The notes under the pieces are model-generated. The model made no database searches, was not told where the DNA came from, and saw only the letters and a program-made list of their open reading frames with translations. Source: Schizochytrium sp. TIO01 (taxonomy: Eukaryota > Protista > Bigyra: Labyrinthulomycetes). From it: a stretch of DNA of 64,000 nucleotides. Each line of letters begins with the position of its first letter. Positions within the stretch are counted from its first letter, which is position 1. Of the stretch, positions 34,632-45,548 are shown piece by piece. Both the position numbers and the translations under genes were made by a program. The DNA lies in the NCBI GenBank assembly GCA_004764695.1, contig SMSO01000034.1:4712001-4776000 (forward strand). Reading direction: 5' to 3'.

Positions 34632-37600
34632 TCTCCCTGGCAATGTCGTTTAGAGATCGACGGTCGTTTTTCGAAGGGATGGTAGATGTCGGGAATGGGC
34701 AGCTAGCTCTGCTGGCGCGTGGGCTTAAGTGCGCGTGCTAGAGCTACGAGGGCCTAGAATGTTGGCGTTTTAAAGAGGGTAAATCAGCCTCCCATCATTT
34801 AGTTTACTCTCATGGTGATTTTACAAACCCCCTTCAAGCTATGTGCGTATTGTTTTCAAGTTATTGATCTTAAACATTACAAAATCAACAGATTGCTATG
34901 TGGGTGAATAGATAAAACACTAGTGCCTATGATATCATGAGGCAAAAAGAATTTAACGAAGTTAAACACGAACAGTGTTATATAGCAATTACAGGGAGAA
35001 GGGAATTTTTAATGGAGGTCTTGCAAAGAAAACAATCCTTTCAAGTAATGGAAAAACTATATATATTTTTTAATATAGAAAGAAGTAGGAAAACAAGGAA
35101 AAGGATAAATACAGATGTCTGAAGCGAGGCAATAACCGTTCACGAAAGCTGATATAAACGCAGCGGCAGAAGAAGGCAGCCAAAGAAGCTGAAGGTCATG
35201 GCCATCAGCGCCTATCAAAAGACTCCACGAAGACTTTTCTCCGCACGCCTCAACAATGTCAATGTCAATGCCAATCATCGCCAATACCCGCTGAGTTCTC
35301 AGCTCAACGCCTCCAAGATCCCTCGGCTCAGCCTTCCTATGGATTACAATAGGTGTACCTTAGGAACCCTGTCAGGCCGAAAACGAAGACAGAGGGCTCC
35401 TTCGATATGCCCCCCAACGCCATAAACATCCATGGTAACCCCCTCATTTCCCTTGTTGTGTTATTACGTTAATCACGCCGCGGCGAGGAAATAATAATAA
35501 AGCAAGGGACCGCGGCGCGTGAAGGTGGATAAGGTGAGCGGTTTCCGGCCGTTGGAAAATTAAGGTGGCATAAAGGTGCATAATGCCCCCATTCCCATCG
35601 TCCCTCCCTCTCGCATGGTTTTGCGGATGTGCCTCACGTGCGCTAGTATAGGGAGGATTTATAGCAAGAGTTTGATTGGCAGTGCGTACGGGAAATTCAT
35701 GTGAGATAGTTTAAGGTGCAGAAGTGAAGGTTTTGCAACTCGGGCAGGCTATGGCGTGCCCACAATATGGTTTGGTTTTGGTTTTTCTAGCCAAATCCTG
35801 TTTTGTGCTGGTTTGCTTTATTAAAAATAAAATAAAAATATATATATTAAAAAATTCACTTCTCTATAATTAATCTAATTTTAAAAGAAAAGGAAAAGGT
35901 TTGTTAAGGCTATCATGTGATTTCAAGATGTGGAATCCGCTTGCAGATGAAATGCACGAGATCAAACAATCTGTGAAGATATGTCGAGGTAAACATTGTC
36001 CAAACGGCCTCTTATCACCGTATTGCTCTGGGTATGCTTCCCGTCAGCTCTACCAGATTGAGACAGCCGAGCATTCTGGTCTTTCAGATGACATTTATTG
36101 AAGTGTTACTTCTCTTCGTTTCTTTCATTTATAAAATAAAGTTTTTATTTATAAATAAGACATGGTTCATTTACAAACAGCACTCGTAGTGCTCCATTGC
36201 ATAATCGATACTCTGCCAAACAGCTCCATTAATCCCTGCACGGGGAGTGCTTGAAACTCGCACTACTGGTAGCACAAATGAAGAAGAAAATTCAATGGCG
36301 GCATAAACAAACCGTTTTTCAGTTCGCAGCACAGTTCCTTTAACCTTTCCTTCCTATTTCTATAGAAATGATTATTTTCTATATTGCCGAGGTACTATAA
36401 ATCATAGGCCGTGCTTTACTTTCTTTATTACTTTCTTATCCTATCGCATCACATCTTATGCTATATGATACTATAGTATATCCCCATAGACATCAGAATA
36501 AAAATTAACGTGCAGGAAGTAGAAAGAGGCGATGTGTCCCTATCGTGTTTGGAGAACACGATGGCCATGGTTGTTCACTGCCGCGGATCCAATGACGACT
36601 TGGGCTTGGCCGAACCCTGTAAAGCTCCTCTGATGGCTCTATAGATGGAAACATTAAATCCCCAGAAAACGTTATACGCAAGTTATTTGTTCATGTCACC
36701 AAAACTTGGGACAGTATGAATGCAGGAAATGATGGGCTCTTCTTCTCTTTACAAAAAGATGGTTATGAAATATAGATAGACGGGTCGCTGAGCAAAAATC
36801 CAAACTAAAAATTAGAGATCGCTATACATTGCAGATAATTCTGATATGCGAAGCAGCACCACGAGCTAGACGTTAAGATCCTCTAAGTCTCTTCACTTGT
36901 AAGCCCCGCTTGAAAGATCTGCCATGAATGGACGCACCCAAATAATACTCGCTTGTTAGAATGATTTTGTGCGGTCAGTGATGACATCTTCAATGCGAAA
37001 ATCAACCTTATGTGCTGAGACAAAACAAAGCGTGCTCGCAGAACAACTTTACATGCATTAATATGAAAAGTTAGACGTATTCATATGCTGAAATTCAATG
37101 ACTTCTTCTTATATCTTTCAAGGGTAGAGTCCACTGATCACGCTAAAGAAAATGCATTCCCTATGTCAGGAAATGCCTCGCGGTCGGCAAACCACCACCA
37201 CTGCCCAGACACACCGTGCTCGCCTCAATGCAATCCTGTGTGTTTTGAGCACTTTGAAGAACCAAAATTCTACACCGCATCACTCTCCAAGTTGCTCCAA
37301 ACAATCGCCTGGTTGCTACATGTGTATCAAAACTACATCTAGAATCTCCAAGTCGGATGGATCCCCAATAGTCTGTCATGCGCGAACAACCGGAAAGGCC
37401 AAGAACTCCATCCCATGTAATTTATATTGAGAGCCGAAGAAGATTAACGCTCGATCGATGTCTTCATATGAAGCGAGGAGAAGGTACAGTAGATAGTAGG
37501 TAGTGCCTAGGAGTCCTGGAAGTAATCGTACCTAGAAGTAGTAGGGGATAAGCAGGGTGGTAGTAAGTAATTAAACGACCGTAGGAAAAAGATTCTGTTC

Positions 37601-37645
37601 TGTTTGTAATGAGGATGGGATATTAAGAGAGTCGGCGAGCAGACC

Positions 37646-40156
37646 ATGCCGAGGGGCGCGATCCGGGAGCTGCGTAGGCAGGCTCGAGCGCGTCGGGAGG
37701 CGCAGGAGGCTGTCCAGGCAGAGCAAGACGCTCTTGAGGCCCGTAGACAAGCACTGGTCGACGAAAAGCTCCGAGAACTACGTTCATCGGGCCGCGATTG
37801 CCGTGTTGGCACTGATAACGGCGACGTGAAGGATACACCAACGTCGGAGACAGAAGCAGTGCCCGAAGACAGTGAAGGCCACTCGGATCTTCATACACAC
37901 GTGCACGGTTTAGTGAGGGAGGAAATAGCTAGTGGAACACCGACGTCGAAAAGTCAAGAAGTTACGGAGCTTGCAAACGAACAATCTCAACCTGAAGAAG
38001 AGCTAGATAGAGGCCAAGTAGAGCAGCAAGCTAAACTCGGACAAGGGAAAATGTCGCATACAACAGTTGAAGTTCAAGCTGGAGCTGTGCATGAAGTTTC
38101 CCTTAATGTAGAAGCTGGCGAGGAAGTACACTGGGCATTCCGCACAGAGGGCGGTGACATTGCATTTTGTGTGCTCCTTGAGCGACCTGACGGAAATGTA
38201 CTCACCCTCGTGGCAAAGGACCGCATCTCCTCTGAGGTTCAGGCCCACAAGGGCAAGACCACATCGCCCGAGAAGGGATGCATTTGGCTTCAGTTTGATA
38301 ACTCTTACTCCTGGGTCACGAATAAGACCTTGACCTTTACCATCTCCCATGTGCCCAAATCTGGCCAGCCCTCGACTCCTGTTGGAGTCACTACGTCTTC
38401 CAAAGATACAGCATCTGCCGCCACACAGGGTTCTGAGACTAGCAAGGTGCTCTTTATTCTTGGCGCACCTGGATCAGGTAAGGGAACACAGTGCACTAAG
38501 CTTGCGGAGAAGTTTGGTTTTTCTCACCTTTCTGCAGGTGACCTTCTTCGTGAAGAGCGGAACAACCCAAACTCCAAAGATGGAGCACTCATCGAGGCAT
38601 ACATTAAGGAAGGCAAGATCGTCCCTATCGAGATTACTGTCAAGTTGCTTATGAATGCCATGAACGCTCAGCCAGCACCCTGCTTCCTTATCGACGGCTT
38701 CCCGCGTAACCAGGACAACCTTGACGGCTGGATTCGTGAAACTAGCGCCGCTTCGAACATTGAAGTTCTCGGCGTGCTCTTCTTTGACTGCCCTGAGGAC
38801 GTTATCACCGACCGTCTTCTTGACCGTGGCAAGAGCAGTGGCCGCGTTGATGATAATGCTGAGACCATCAAAAAGCGTCTCGTGACCTTCCGTGATGACA
38901 CTATGCCCATCGTCAACTACTTTGACAAGCGCGAGCAAGTCTGGACCATCAACACGAATCGCCCTGTGGACGACATCTTCGCCGATCTCACCAGTCTGAT
39001 GGCCCAGCTTATCCCTTCTACGGCTGATGCAAACCAAACAGCGCCATCAACTACTCAGGAGACCTCTGCTGCAATTGCTGATAAGCGTGACACTACTCCT
39101 GCGCCAGCACCTGTCGCAGCCCCAGAGGTCCCAGCAGCACCCGTTGAGCCTTCGAAGAATGCTGGTCGTCCGCTCAGAGTAATTTTGGGAACCATGACCA
39201 TGGGTGGCCCCGTGAACCGCCGTCAGAGTCTGTCAATGTTTGAGCTCTTTATGAAAGCGCCCTCTGTGCGCAAGCATCTCACGGGAGGGAAAGTTGAGGC
39301 TGATACTGCCCGTATGTATCAAGATGGTGAGACCGAAGCTGTTATTTCGGATGTTTTTACGCAATCCTCAATTATTGCCAAGAACTACATGCTAGCCACT
39401 AAGGCAAACCCGTTTAAGGGAGCTGGCGAGAGCCTTCGGCCCGAAAGCGTGCGTGCTCAGCTCGAGGCTAGCTTACAGGCTCTCCGTGTAGAGTGCGTGG
39501 ATGTGTTTTATCTGCATGCGCCTGACCATGACACCAAGATTGAGGTTACCCTTGCTGCGGTGCAGGAACTTTACCAGGAAGGCAAGTTCCGAGAACTTGG
39601 ACTCTCCAACTACAGTGCTTGGCAGGTGGTCCAAATTTACTACATTTGTAAGGAAAGTGGATACGTCTTGCCCACGTTGTACCAGGGTATGTACAACGCC
39701 ATTACACGTGAGGTAGAACGCGAACTCCTGCCAGCTCTGAAGGAACTTGGTATCCGCTTTTACGCTTACAATCCACTTGCTGGTGGCTTTCTTACGGGTA
39801 AGCATAGGTCTTTGGTGCAGTTTCCAAAGGGTGGTCGCTTTGGCGAGACTGCCTGGGGTATCAAGTATCGTGACCGCTTCTGGAAGCCGGAATACTTCAA
39901 AGCGTTGGATGTAATCATGGCAGCTTGTGAGTCCCACGACATCTCCATGACATCTGCTTCTATGCGCTGGATCATGCACCATTCAGATCTTCGCGGTGGT
40001 CTCAATGATGGTGTCATCCTTGGCGCAAGCTCTGTAGATCACCTCCAGGAAAACCTTGATGCCACAAATGAAGGACCTTTGCCGAAGGAAATTGTTAGCG
40101 CCTTTAACCAGGCCTGGGAGACTTGCCGCCCCGCATGCCCCGCCTACGCACGCTAG
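37646..40156 (+). CDS. Multidomain fusion: coiled coil + GOLD domain + UMP-CMP kinase + AKR7-like aldo-keto reductase
   Basis: GOLD (WAFRTEGGDIAF...LQFDNSYSWVTNK); adenylate-kinase-family GAPGSGKGTQC, HLSAGDLLREE, FLIDGFPRN, SSGRVDDN; AKR7 LGTMTMG, DTARMY, ATKANP, YLHAPD, GLSNY, YQGMYN, YNPLAGG. One stop-free ORF. Confidence 0.9.
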   Translation: MPRGAIRELRRQARARREAQEAVQAEQDALEARRQALVDEKLRELRSSGRDCRVGTDNGDVKDTPTSETEAVPEDSEGHSDLHTHVHGLVREEIASGTPTSKSQEVTELANEQSQPEEELDRGQVEQQAKLGQGKMSHTTVEVQAGAVHEVSLNVEAGEEVHWAFRTEGGDIAFCVLLERPDGNVLTLVAKDRISSEVQAHKGKTTSPEKGCIWLQFDNSYSWVTNKTLTFTISHVPKSGQPSTPVGVTTSSKDTASAATQGSETSKVLFILGAPGSGKGTQCTKLAEKFGFSHLSAGDLLREERNNPNSKDGALIEAYIKEGKIVPIEITVKLLMNAMNAQPAPCFLIDGFPRNQDNLDGWIRETSAASNIEVLGVLFFDCPEDVITDRLLDRGKSSGRVDDNAETIKKRLVTFRDDTMPIVNYFDKREQVWTINTNRPVDDIFADLTSLMAQLIPSTADANQTAPSTTQETSAAIADKRDTTPAPAPVAAPEVPAAPVEPSKNAGRPLRVILGTMTMGGPVNRRQSLSMFELFMKAPSVRKHLTGGKVEADTARMYQDGETEAVISDVFTQSSIIAKNYMLATKANPFKGAGESLRPESVRAQLEASLQALRVECVDVFYLHAPDHDTKIEVTLAAVQELYQEGKFRELGLSNYSAWQVVQIYYICKESGYVLPTLYQGMYNAITREVERELLPALKELGIRFYAYNPLAGGFLTGKHRSLVQFPKGGRFGETAWGIKYRDRFWKPEYFKALDVIMAACESHDISMTSASMRWIMHHSDLRGGLNDGVILGASSVDHLQENLDATNEGPLPKEIVSAFNQAWETCRPACPAYAR

Positions 40157-40880
40157 TTGATTTTTTTTTTAACTTTGTCGTTCTATGGGGACGATGCACA
40201 AGATTGAATGTTGTTTTCTTTTAAAGTTTCTTTCGTGTTCCCGAAAAGAATAACCTTGTTTTAAGTCATGCGTGCCAATATACAATTAGGTACATTGTTC
40301 CTGATGTAATGGGTGAAATATTCAACGCTGGTCCTCACTCAGCTAAAGAGAAAAATGAACTTCAGATATCATACGCTCAAAGTTTTTTGCTTTCATGACC
40401 CTTTTCTGGTAACCATGATATTTATGAACTTGGAACCGTTATCCTCTCATGGAACGGATCAAGTAGTAGCATTTCTATACAACGTTGTGGCTATTATCGA
40501 TGCTATCATCGAATGTGCCATCTAGAAAATACATTGACCGGTCCGGATTGAGATTTATAGAATCAAAGTACGAGACAAACAACACAAAAACATATTTTTT
40601 AATTTTTTTTTGAAGGAGCGCAGCACCTGTCAAGTGGAAATAGACGAAGAAACATAGAAAGGGTAGATGCACATGAAGCTTGATTGAGCTATAACTCGGA
40701 AGGAAACGCCGCAAGAGAACAACAGCGGCGGCCTTTGATTGTCACAAAGTATAATTTTCAAGTAGGTGAGTTGCAGAGGCAGAGACGGCAATAGTCATGA
40801 AGACCACAGATGTGAAATAATGGCACAAGATGCGAAAGTTTCAGCAACATCTAAAAGTGTTCTCGGTCATAATCACAAAA

Positions 40881-43800
40881 TCACTTCACAGGGATCTTTG
40901 ACATTGACGGAATTTGCTTCAGTGAGGACCCAATCATGCCAAATGTCGCACGCAGTCCAGATGCACCGCTACGTGGAAGCGTAGCAATTGGGGAACCAAG
41001 TCCCTGAAGGGAGTCAAGAGTGAAGTCACTTGGGACCACCAAATCCACGGCAGTTTCGAACGCCCTGTTAGTGAGCCAAATGTCTTGCTCCCATCCTTGA
41101 CGCAAGGAAAATCGACTGCCAGAAGGTGGCGCGTAGGCTTTGAAGAGTTTTCTCAAGTTGCCGAGAACGTGTTTAGCCCTAAAGTTGCTAATGTCTTCGT
41201 TCTTGATGGGTTGCATGGGTTCCTGAATCATAACGCTTTCGCGTCGCTCAGCACGAGTTATGGCGACACGATCAAGGACCAAGAGCTCGTCAACACGATC
41301 TACGAAACCTTCATCAAAACGAGATTCGTGAATCACAGACACAAAGGTACGATAGATTTCATCTGGAAGATGAAGACGGACCCAAACAGTGAGAAAGTTT
41401 TCCATTACCTCATCACTAGGCTGGAATGCAGTGATACACACACAGAGCAAATCTACACCAGCATTGACAGAATCCGGGTTTGGGTTCTCCGTCAGCTGGC
41501 GCACAATCTGGCAAAAGATCTCATCACGGAGATCATCGGCATCAGGATCCATACCCATACGAACCACCTCATAACCAGCATTGTTGCGAGCAACATAGTC
41601 ATGTTGAGACTTTTTGCTGTTGTCACCCATGTAAGTCTTGATCAACGAGAATACATGCATGGAGTCAGCAATAAGGTCTTGGTCATTGGTGTATAGAACG
41701 CTATTGTCGAGATTTGTTGAGAAACGAATACCGAGGCGAGAACGAGGGGAAACAGTGGAGCCGACGGGGCGACCGGACATTGGCGTCACTGTAGTCGAGC
41801 TACTGTCACGGTGATGGTCGGCGATTTCCTCAAGCGGAACATTCGATGGCTCTGTAGACCTCGAATTCCAGCGCAACCAACGAAAGGATGAAGCGCATAC
41901 TCCGTGGTAAACGTTGCCACGAATACGTTCGTTGGCAAAGAAGTCTTGAAACTTGTTAAAGTGAGCTGCTAACTCAATTTCGCGAATGCGCATTTGACGT
42001 TGAATACGGCGACGGCGATCACCGACACGCTTAGCTGCTTCCAACTCTTGCTGCACGAACTTCTTCTCGGGCAAAGACAAGAGAGCATTTGCTTCTTCAA
42101 TGAGGTCATTGTCCAAACCAAGCGAAAGAGCCTCCTCCACGCCCTTTTGCAAACCATCATGGTCAACAGTTTCCACAGCCTTTCGAAGGTCGGACTCGAT
42201 GGACTCGTATTGGCTTGCCTTTTCACGAATCTTAGCCACCGCAACGTTGCGAGGCATGGTCCAACCGGCGGATTCGCGTGCCACAGAGATGACCTTTTCT
42301 GGGGTAGGCTCTTTGAGGGCTTCCTCTGCCATTTCTTCAAGCTCCTCCTCCATGCTTACGCCACAGACAAGCTTCTTCACATGGTCGTAGAGTTCCTGCT
42401 GATGTTCAGTCATGGGGAACTTCTCCTCGCGTAAGCGATCAGCAGCGGCAATGAAGGACTCGGCACGGGACTTGTCGAAAGAGGAGTCGTTGGCATCCTC
42501 ACAATCCTCAAACTCTTCAAGGTCTTCTTCCACCGACTCCCACTGTTCTAGACCAGCATGCAGACGGCGAGCAGCCTCAAGCGAGGGTGGATTGACACGA
42601 TAGATGACACCTACATTACCCATGATATCGGGTACATCGTCAATCGCGGTTTCCAGCTCGACAAGATCAGGTTCTTCCTCATTCATCGCGTCCTTGAGGG
42701 TCTTTTCAGCCTTCTTCAAGTTGCGGCGGAGACGACGACCAAGAGCAAGGCGCATCATAAGCTGAATACGAGGTACCACAAGGGCCAAGGCGAGGTTGCG
42801 CAGAAGCTCAAGCATTTTATGATCCTCAGTGCGGAAGAGTACGCGAGTCTCACCAATTTGCACACCAGCAAATGCCTGCGGAGAGGCATCGAGAATCTCG
42901 CGGCAGAGACCCTTGGGATCACGAGAATGGTATGCGAATCCAACGTTGATGCATCGGTACTTGGCGGCAAAATCCTCATGGAAGAGGCGAAAGGGGTAAC
43001 CAGTCTTGCGGATCTCTACAGCTTCGAAAACACCAGAGGCACGCAACTGCTCAAGACACTTGCGGCCCTCAAAGTTATTGGGTTCCTGCTGATCATTCGG
43101 CTTGATACAACGGATGTAACGGCACTCAGTCTTACGCAGGATCGTCATGAGCTCGTTCAGCTGGGAGCGAAATCGAGCAGATTGAGAAAGGACCTTGACA
43201 CGATCATCCTCATCAAGCACGGGGAACAGGGTGCGGGTAAGGTCATCTTCAGATTTGGAACACAAGTTGTAAAGATCCTGGTATAATGTGTCGGAGTTCT
43301 TTGCCATAAATCCTCGAGCATCGTAGATGACTGTGCCAGCAAAATGCTTGATGGAGAAGGCGAGCTGGTCATCCTTGCCGCGCGCTACCGCACGGTTGGT
43401 CGAGGAACCGCCGCCCATACTCTGGAAGCGTGGGTTCTTCTCGTGTACGCTTTCGATACGGTGGATGAAGCGCTCATCGGTACCACCAGGAACGACGCAC
43501 TCGTCATCGAGAAGGTTGAGAATACCATTGGGGCGCTTGGCAATGAGGTCGAGAACAATTTGGTTATCCTCAAACTCGATGTGCTTGTATTGTACGCGTT
43601 CAACCTCGTAGAGCTCCTCTTCATCACCGAATGTGTGCTGGTTGAAGAGCTTTTGCAGACGCTCGTTTGCGTAGTTAATGCAAAGCTGTTCAAATGAGTT
43701 GTGCTCGAAAATTTCAAATCCAAAGACATCAAGGATGCCAATAAATTTACCAGAGGTCTCGCCAAATGACTCGTTAATGCGAGCTACAAGCCAGTCAAAG

Positions 43801-45548
43801 AGACGAGAATAGATAGCCTTGGCAAGGGAGTCACGGGCTTGCACAGCCTGGCGTACCTTGAGTGGAATGACTGAATCCTCCCCGCGGACAGTGATTGTGC
43901 GGCGTGTAAGAACACGCTCGAGTTCGGCATCTTCAATCTCCAGTAGTTCTGCTGCGTGGGCCAATGCAACATAGGAAGGAGCACTATCGCCACCATTAAC
44001 CAAGGAAGAAGCGCGGTCAATTGGTGCATCTTCATCGCCACCAGCGGGAGATTCAGATGCTGGGCCAATGTCACCCGTAAGCTTGCAGCCATGCTGTCCG
44101 TTGGGCATTTTGATATCTGAGAAGTCAATGTTACCAAGGTGAAGGACGGCAGCGACCGTACGGAAGAGCCACTCTTGCTCTTCATCCTCGATCTCAAGCT
44201 CATCAAGTGCGTCGACAACCTCTTCAAAATCAGCGGCGTCATCAATGTTTCCGACCTTGATGGATTTGCTTTGGTTGAGGTAGTGATAAGTGTCAGGCTC
44301 GTCGTACAGCATATAACGCTCACGGGTTTCCTGGCTGCTGAGAATTTGATAGAAAATGTGGTAATTACGCTCATTTTCTGCAAGAATTGTCACACGAGAA
44401 GACTCAAGAAGGAAACTGGTAATACTAGCACCACTGATGAGCTTGGTATGGCGGTCAAAGTAGACAGCAATCCACTTACCGAAACGTGATGAATTATTGT
44501 TGCGGACGGTCTTGGCGTTGCCGAATGCTTCCAAAACAGGGTTAGCGACCAGAACCTTCTGCTCAACCTTATGATCTGGGCCCATTCCAGAAGATGCAGC
44601 CATCATTGCGAAGCGGCGATCATCATCGTTACCACCCTGATCACTACCTGCCACACTGGCGAGGAAATCAAGACATGCCTTGGTCGCGTGGGTCTTACCA
44701 GCACCGGATTCACCACTCACGAGAATACTTTGTGACTTGTTTTCAAGGAGAAGAGAATCGAGCGAGTCGTTTGCAATAGCGTAGACATGTGGCATGAGGC
44801 CGCCACCAAGACCTTCTGCGCGAGCACCAAGTCGCTGGAGCTTGATTTGATCGTCTGTGTACAAGGACAGTTCCTGAAAAGGATTGACAGAGATAAGTAC
44901 TGTGCGACTGGAGCCAACCCAGGTATAAATCTCATTGCTTTCGTAGCGCATGCGTAGATTATGAAGAATCATACCTTCATCGAGTGCAGGAAGGGCAACA
45001 AGGTCGGCCTCAATATGGTCGAGAGCATCACGTTTCAGAGGCCAGAGAGGCACCTTTTGTGAGACACCACCTGTGAGCTTGCCTTTCATGACCCGAATGT
45101 GAGGAATGCGAACAGTGCGGTTATCAAGGAGACGGACAACGACTTCGCCACTTTTTTCACGGCTCTTAACTCTTGCAGGCTGCCATACATTTTTGGGATG
45201 CGGGACCCAAACCCACTCGGCCGCGTCTTCGTCCTTCTCACGCTGTGTTTTCAACTGCTCAGGCTTCTCCCATGACACGGTGCCTGTTTCAACCTCAAAG
45301 TAGTACAGAGTGCCGTCTATGCTGTAACGAGCTTCCCAGCCCGTGAGGGATTCAATAGAAACTGGGCCTGGGCGGTGGCGGTTGCCAAGTATGGAGCTAA
45401 AGCGATTGCTCCATTTACTACTCCGCCGTTCGCCGCGGCGCTCGCTAACAACGCGGCGTTCTTGGCGAACACTGGAATGACGCCGAGGCGTCGGGTGATC
45501 TGCCCAGTATGAGCTGCGTCTCACCTCTGAGCGCTTGCGTGTGGACAT
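40881..45548 (-). CDS. Unconventional myosin: N-terminal WW domain, SH3-like region, motor domain, C-terminal MyTH4
   Basis: WW (GWEARY...YYFEVETGTVSWEKP); P-loop GESGAGKT; switch I NNNSSRFGK; switch II DVFGFE; EQLCINYANE; YIRCIKPN; MyTH4-like LRDEIFCQIVRQLTENP. Confidence 0.93.
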   Translation of the reverse strand: MSTRKRSEVRRSSYWADHPTPRRHSSVRQERRVVSERRGERRSSKWSNRFSSILGNRHRPGPVSIESLTGWEARYSIDGTLYYFEVETGTVSWEKPEQLKTQREKDEDAAEWVWVPHPKNVWQPARVKSREKSGEVVVRLLDNRTVRIPHIRVMKGKLTGGVSQKVPLWPLKRDALDHIEADLVALPALDEGMILHNLRMRYESNEIYTWVGSSRTVLISVNPFQELSLYTDDQIKLQRLGARAEGLGGGLMPHVYAIANDSLDSLLLENKSQSILVSGESGAGKTHATKACLDFLASVAGSDQGGNDDDRRFAMMAASSGMGPDHKVEQKVLVANPVLEAFGNAKTVRNNNSSRFGKWIAVYFDRHTKLISGASITSFLLESSRVTILAENERNYHIFYQILSSQETRERYMLYDEPDTYHYLNQSKSIKVGNIDDAADFEEVVDALDELEIEDEEQEWLFRTVAAVLHLGNIDFSDIKMPNGQHGCKLTGDIGPASESPAGGDEDAPIDRASSLVNGGDSAPSYVALAHAAELLEIEDAELERVLTRRTITVRGEDSVIPLKVRQAVQARDSLAKAIYSRLFDWLVARINESFGETSGKFIGILDVFGFEIFEHNSFEQLCINYANERLQKLFNQHTFGDEEELYEVERVQYKHIEFEDNQIVLDLIAKRPNGILNLLDDECVVPGGTDERFIHRIESVHEKNPRFQSMGGGSSTNRAVARGKDDQLAFSIKHFAGTVIYDARGFMAKNSDTLYQDLYNLCSKSEDDLTRTLFPVLDEDDRVKVLSQSARFRSQLNELMTILRKTECRYIRCIKPNDQQEPNNFEGRKCLEQLRASGVFEAVEIRKTGYPFRLFHEDFAAKYRCINVGFAYHSRDPKGLCREILDASPQAFAGVQIGETRVLFRTEDHKMLELLRNLALALVVPRIQLMMRLALGRRLRRNLKKAEKTLKDAMNEEEPDLVELETAIDDVPDIMGNVGVIYRVNPPSLEAARRLHAGLEQWESVEEDLEEFEDCEDANDSSFDKSRAESFIAAADRLREEKFPMTEHQQELYDHVKKLVCGVSMEEELEEMAEEALKEPTPEKVISVARESAGWTMPRNVAVAKIREKASQYESIESDLRKAVETVDHDGLQKGVEEALSLGLDNDLIEEANALLSLPEKKFVQQELEAAKRVGDRRRRIQRQMRIREIELAAHFNKFQDFFANERIRGNVYHGVCASSFRWLRWNSRSTEPSNVPLEEIADHHRDSSSTTVTPMSGRPVGSTVSPRSRLGIRFSTNLDNSVLYTNDQDLIADSMHVFSLIKTYMGDNSKKSQHDYVARNNAGYEVVRMGMDPDADDLRDEIFCQIVRQLTENPNPDSVNAGVDLLCVCITAFQPSDEVMENFLTVWVRLHLPDEIYRTFVSVIHESRFDEGFVDRVDELLVLDRVAITRAERRESVMIQEPMQPIKNEDISNFRAKHVLGNLRKLFKAYAPPSGSRFSLRQGWEQDIWLTNRAFETAVDLVVPSDFTLDSLQGLGSPIATLPRSGASGLRATFGMIGSSLKQIPSMSKIPVK

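Noticed and set aside
41085-44489. Several long plus-strand ORFs (up to 242 aa) opposite the myosin
   Set aside because: Antisense shadows caused by codon bias of the real gene; no recognisable motifs. The same applies to ORFs opposite MCM4, GDT1 and the fusion gene.
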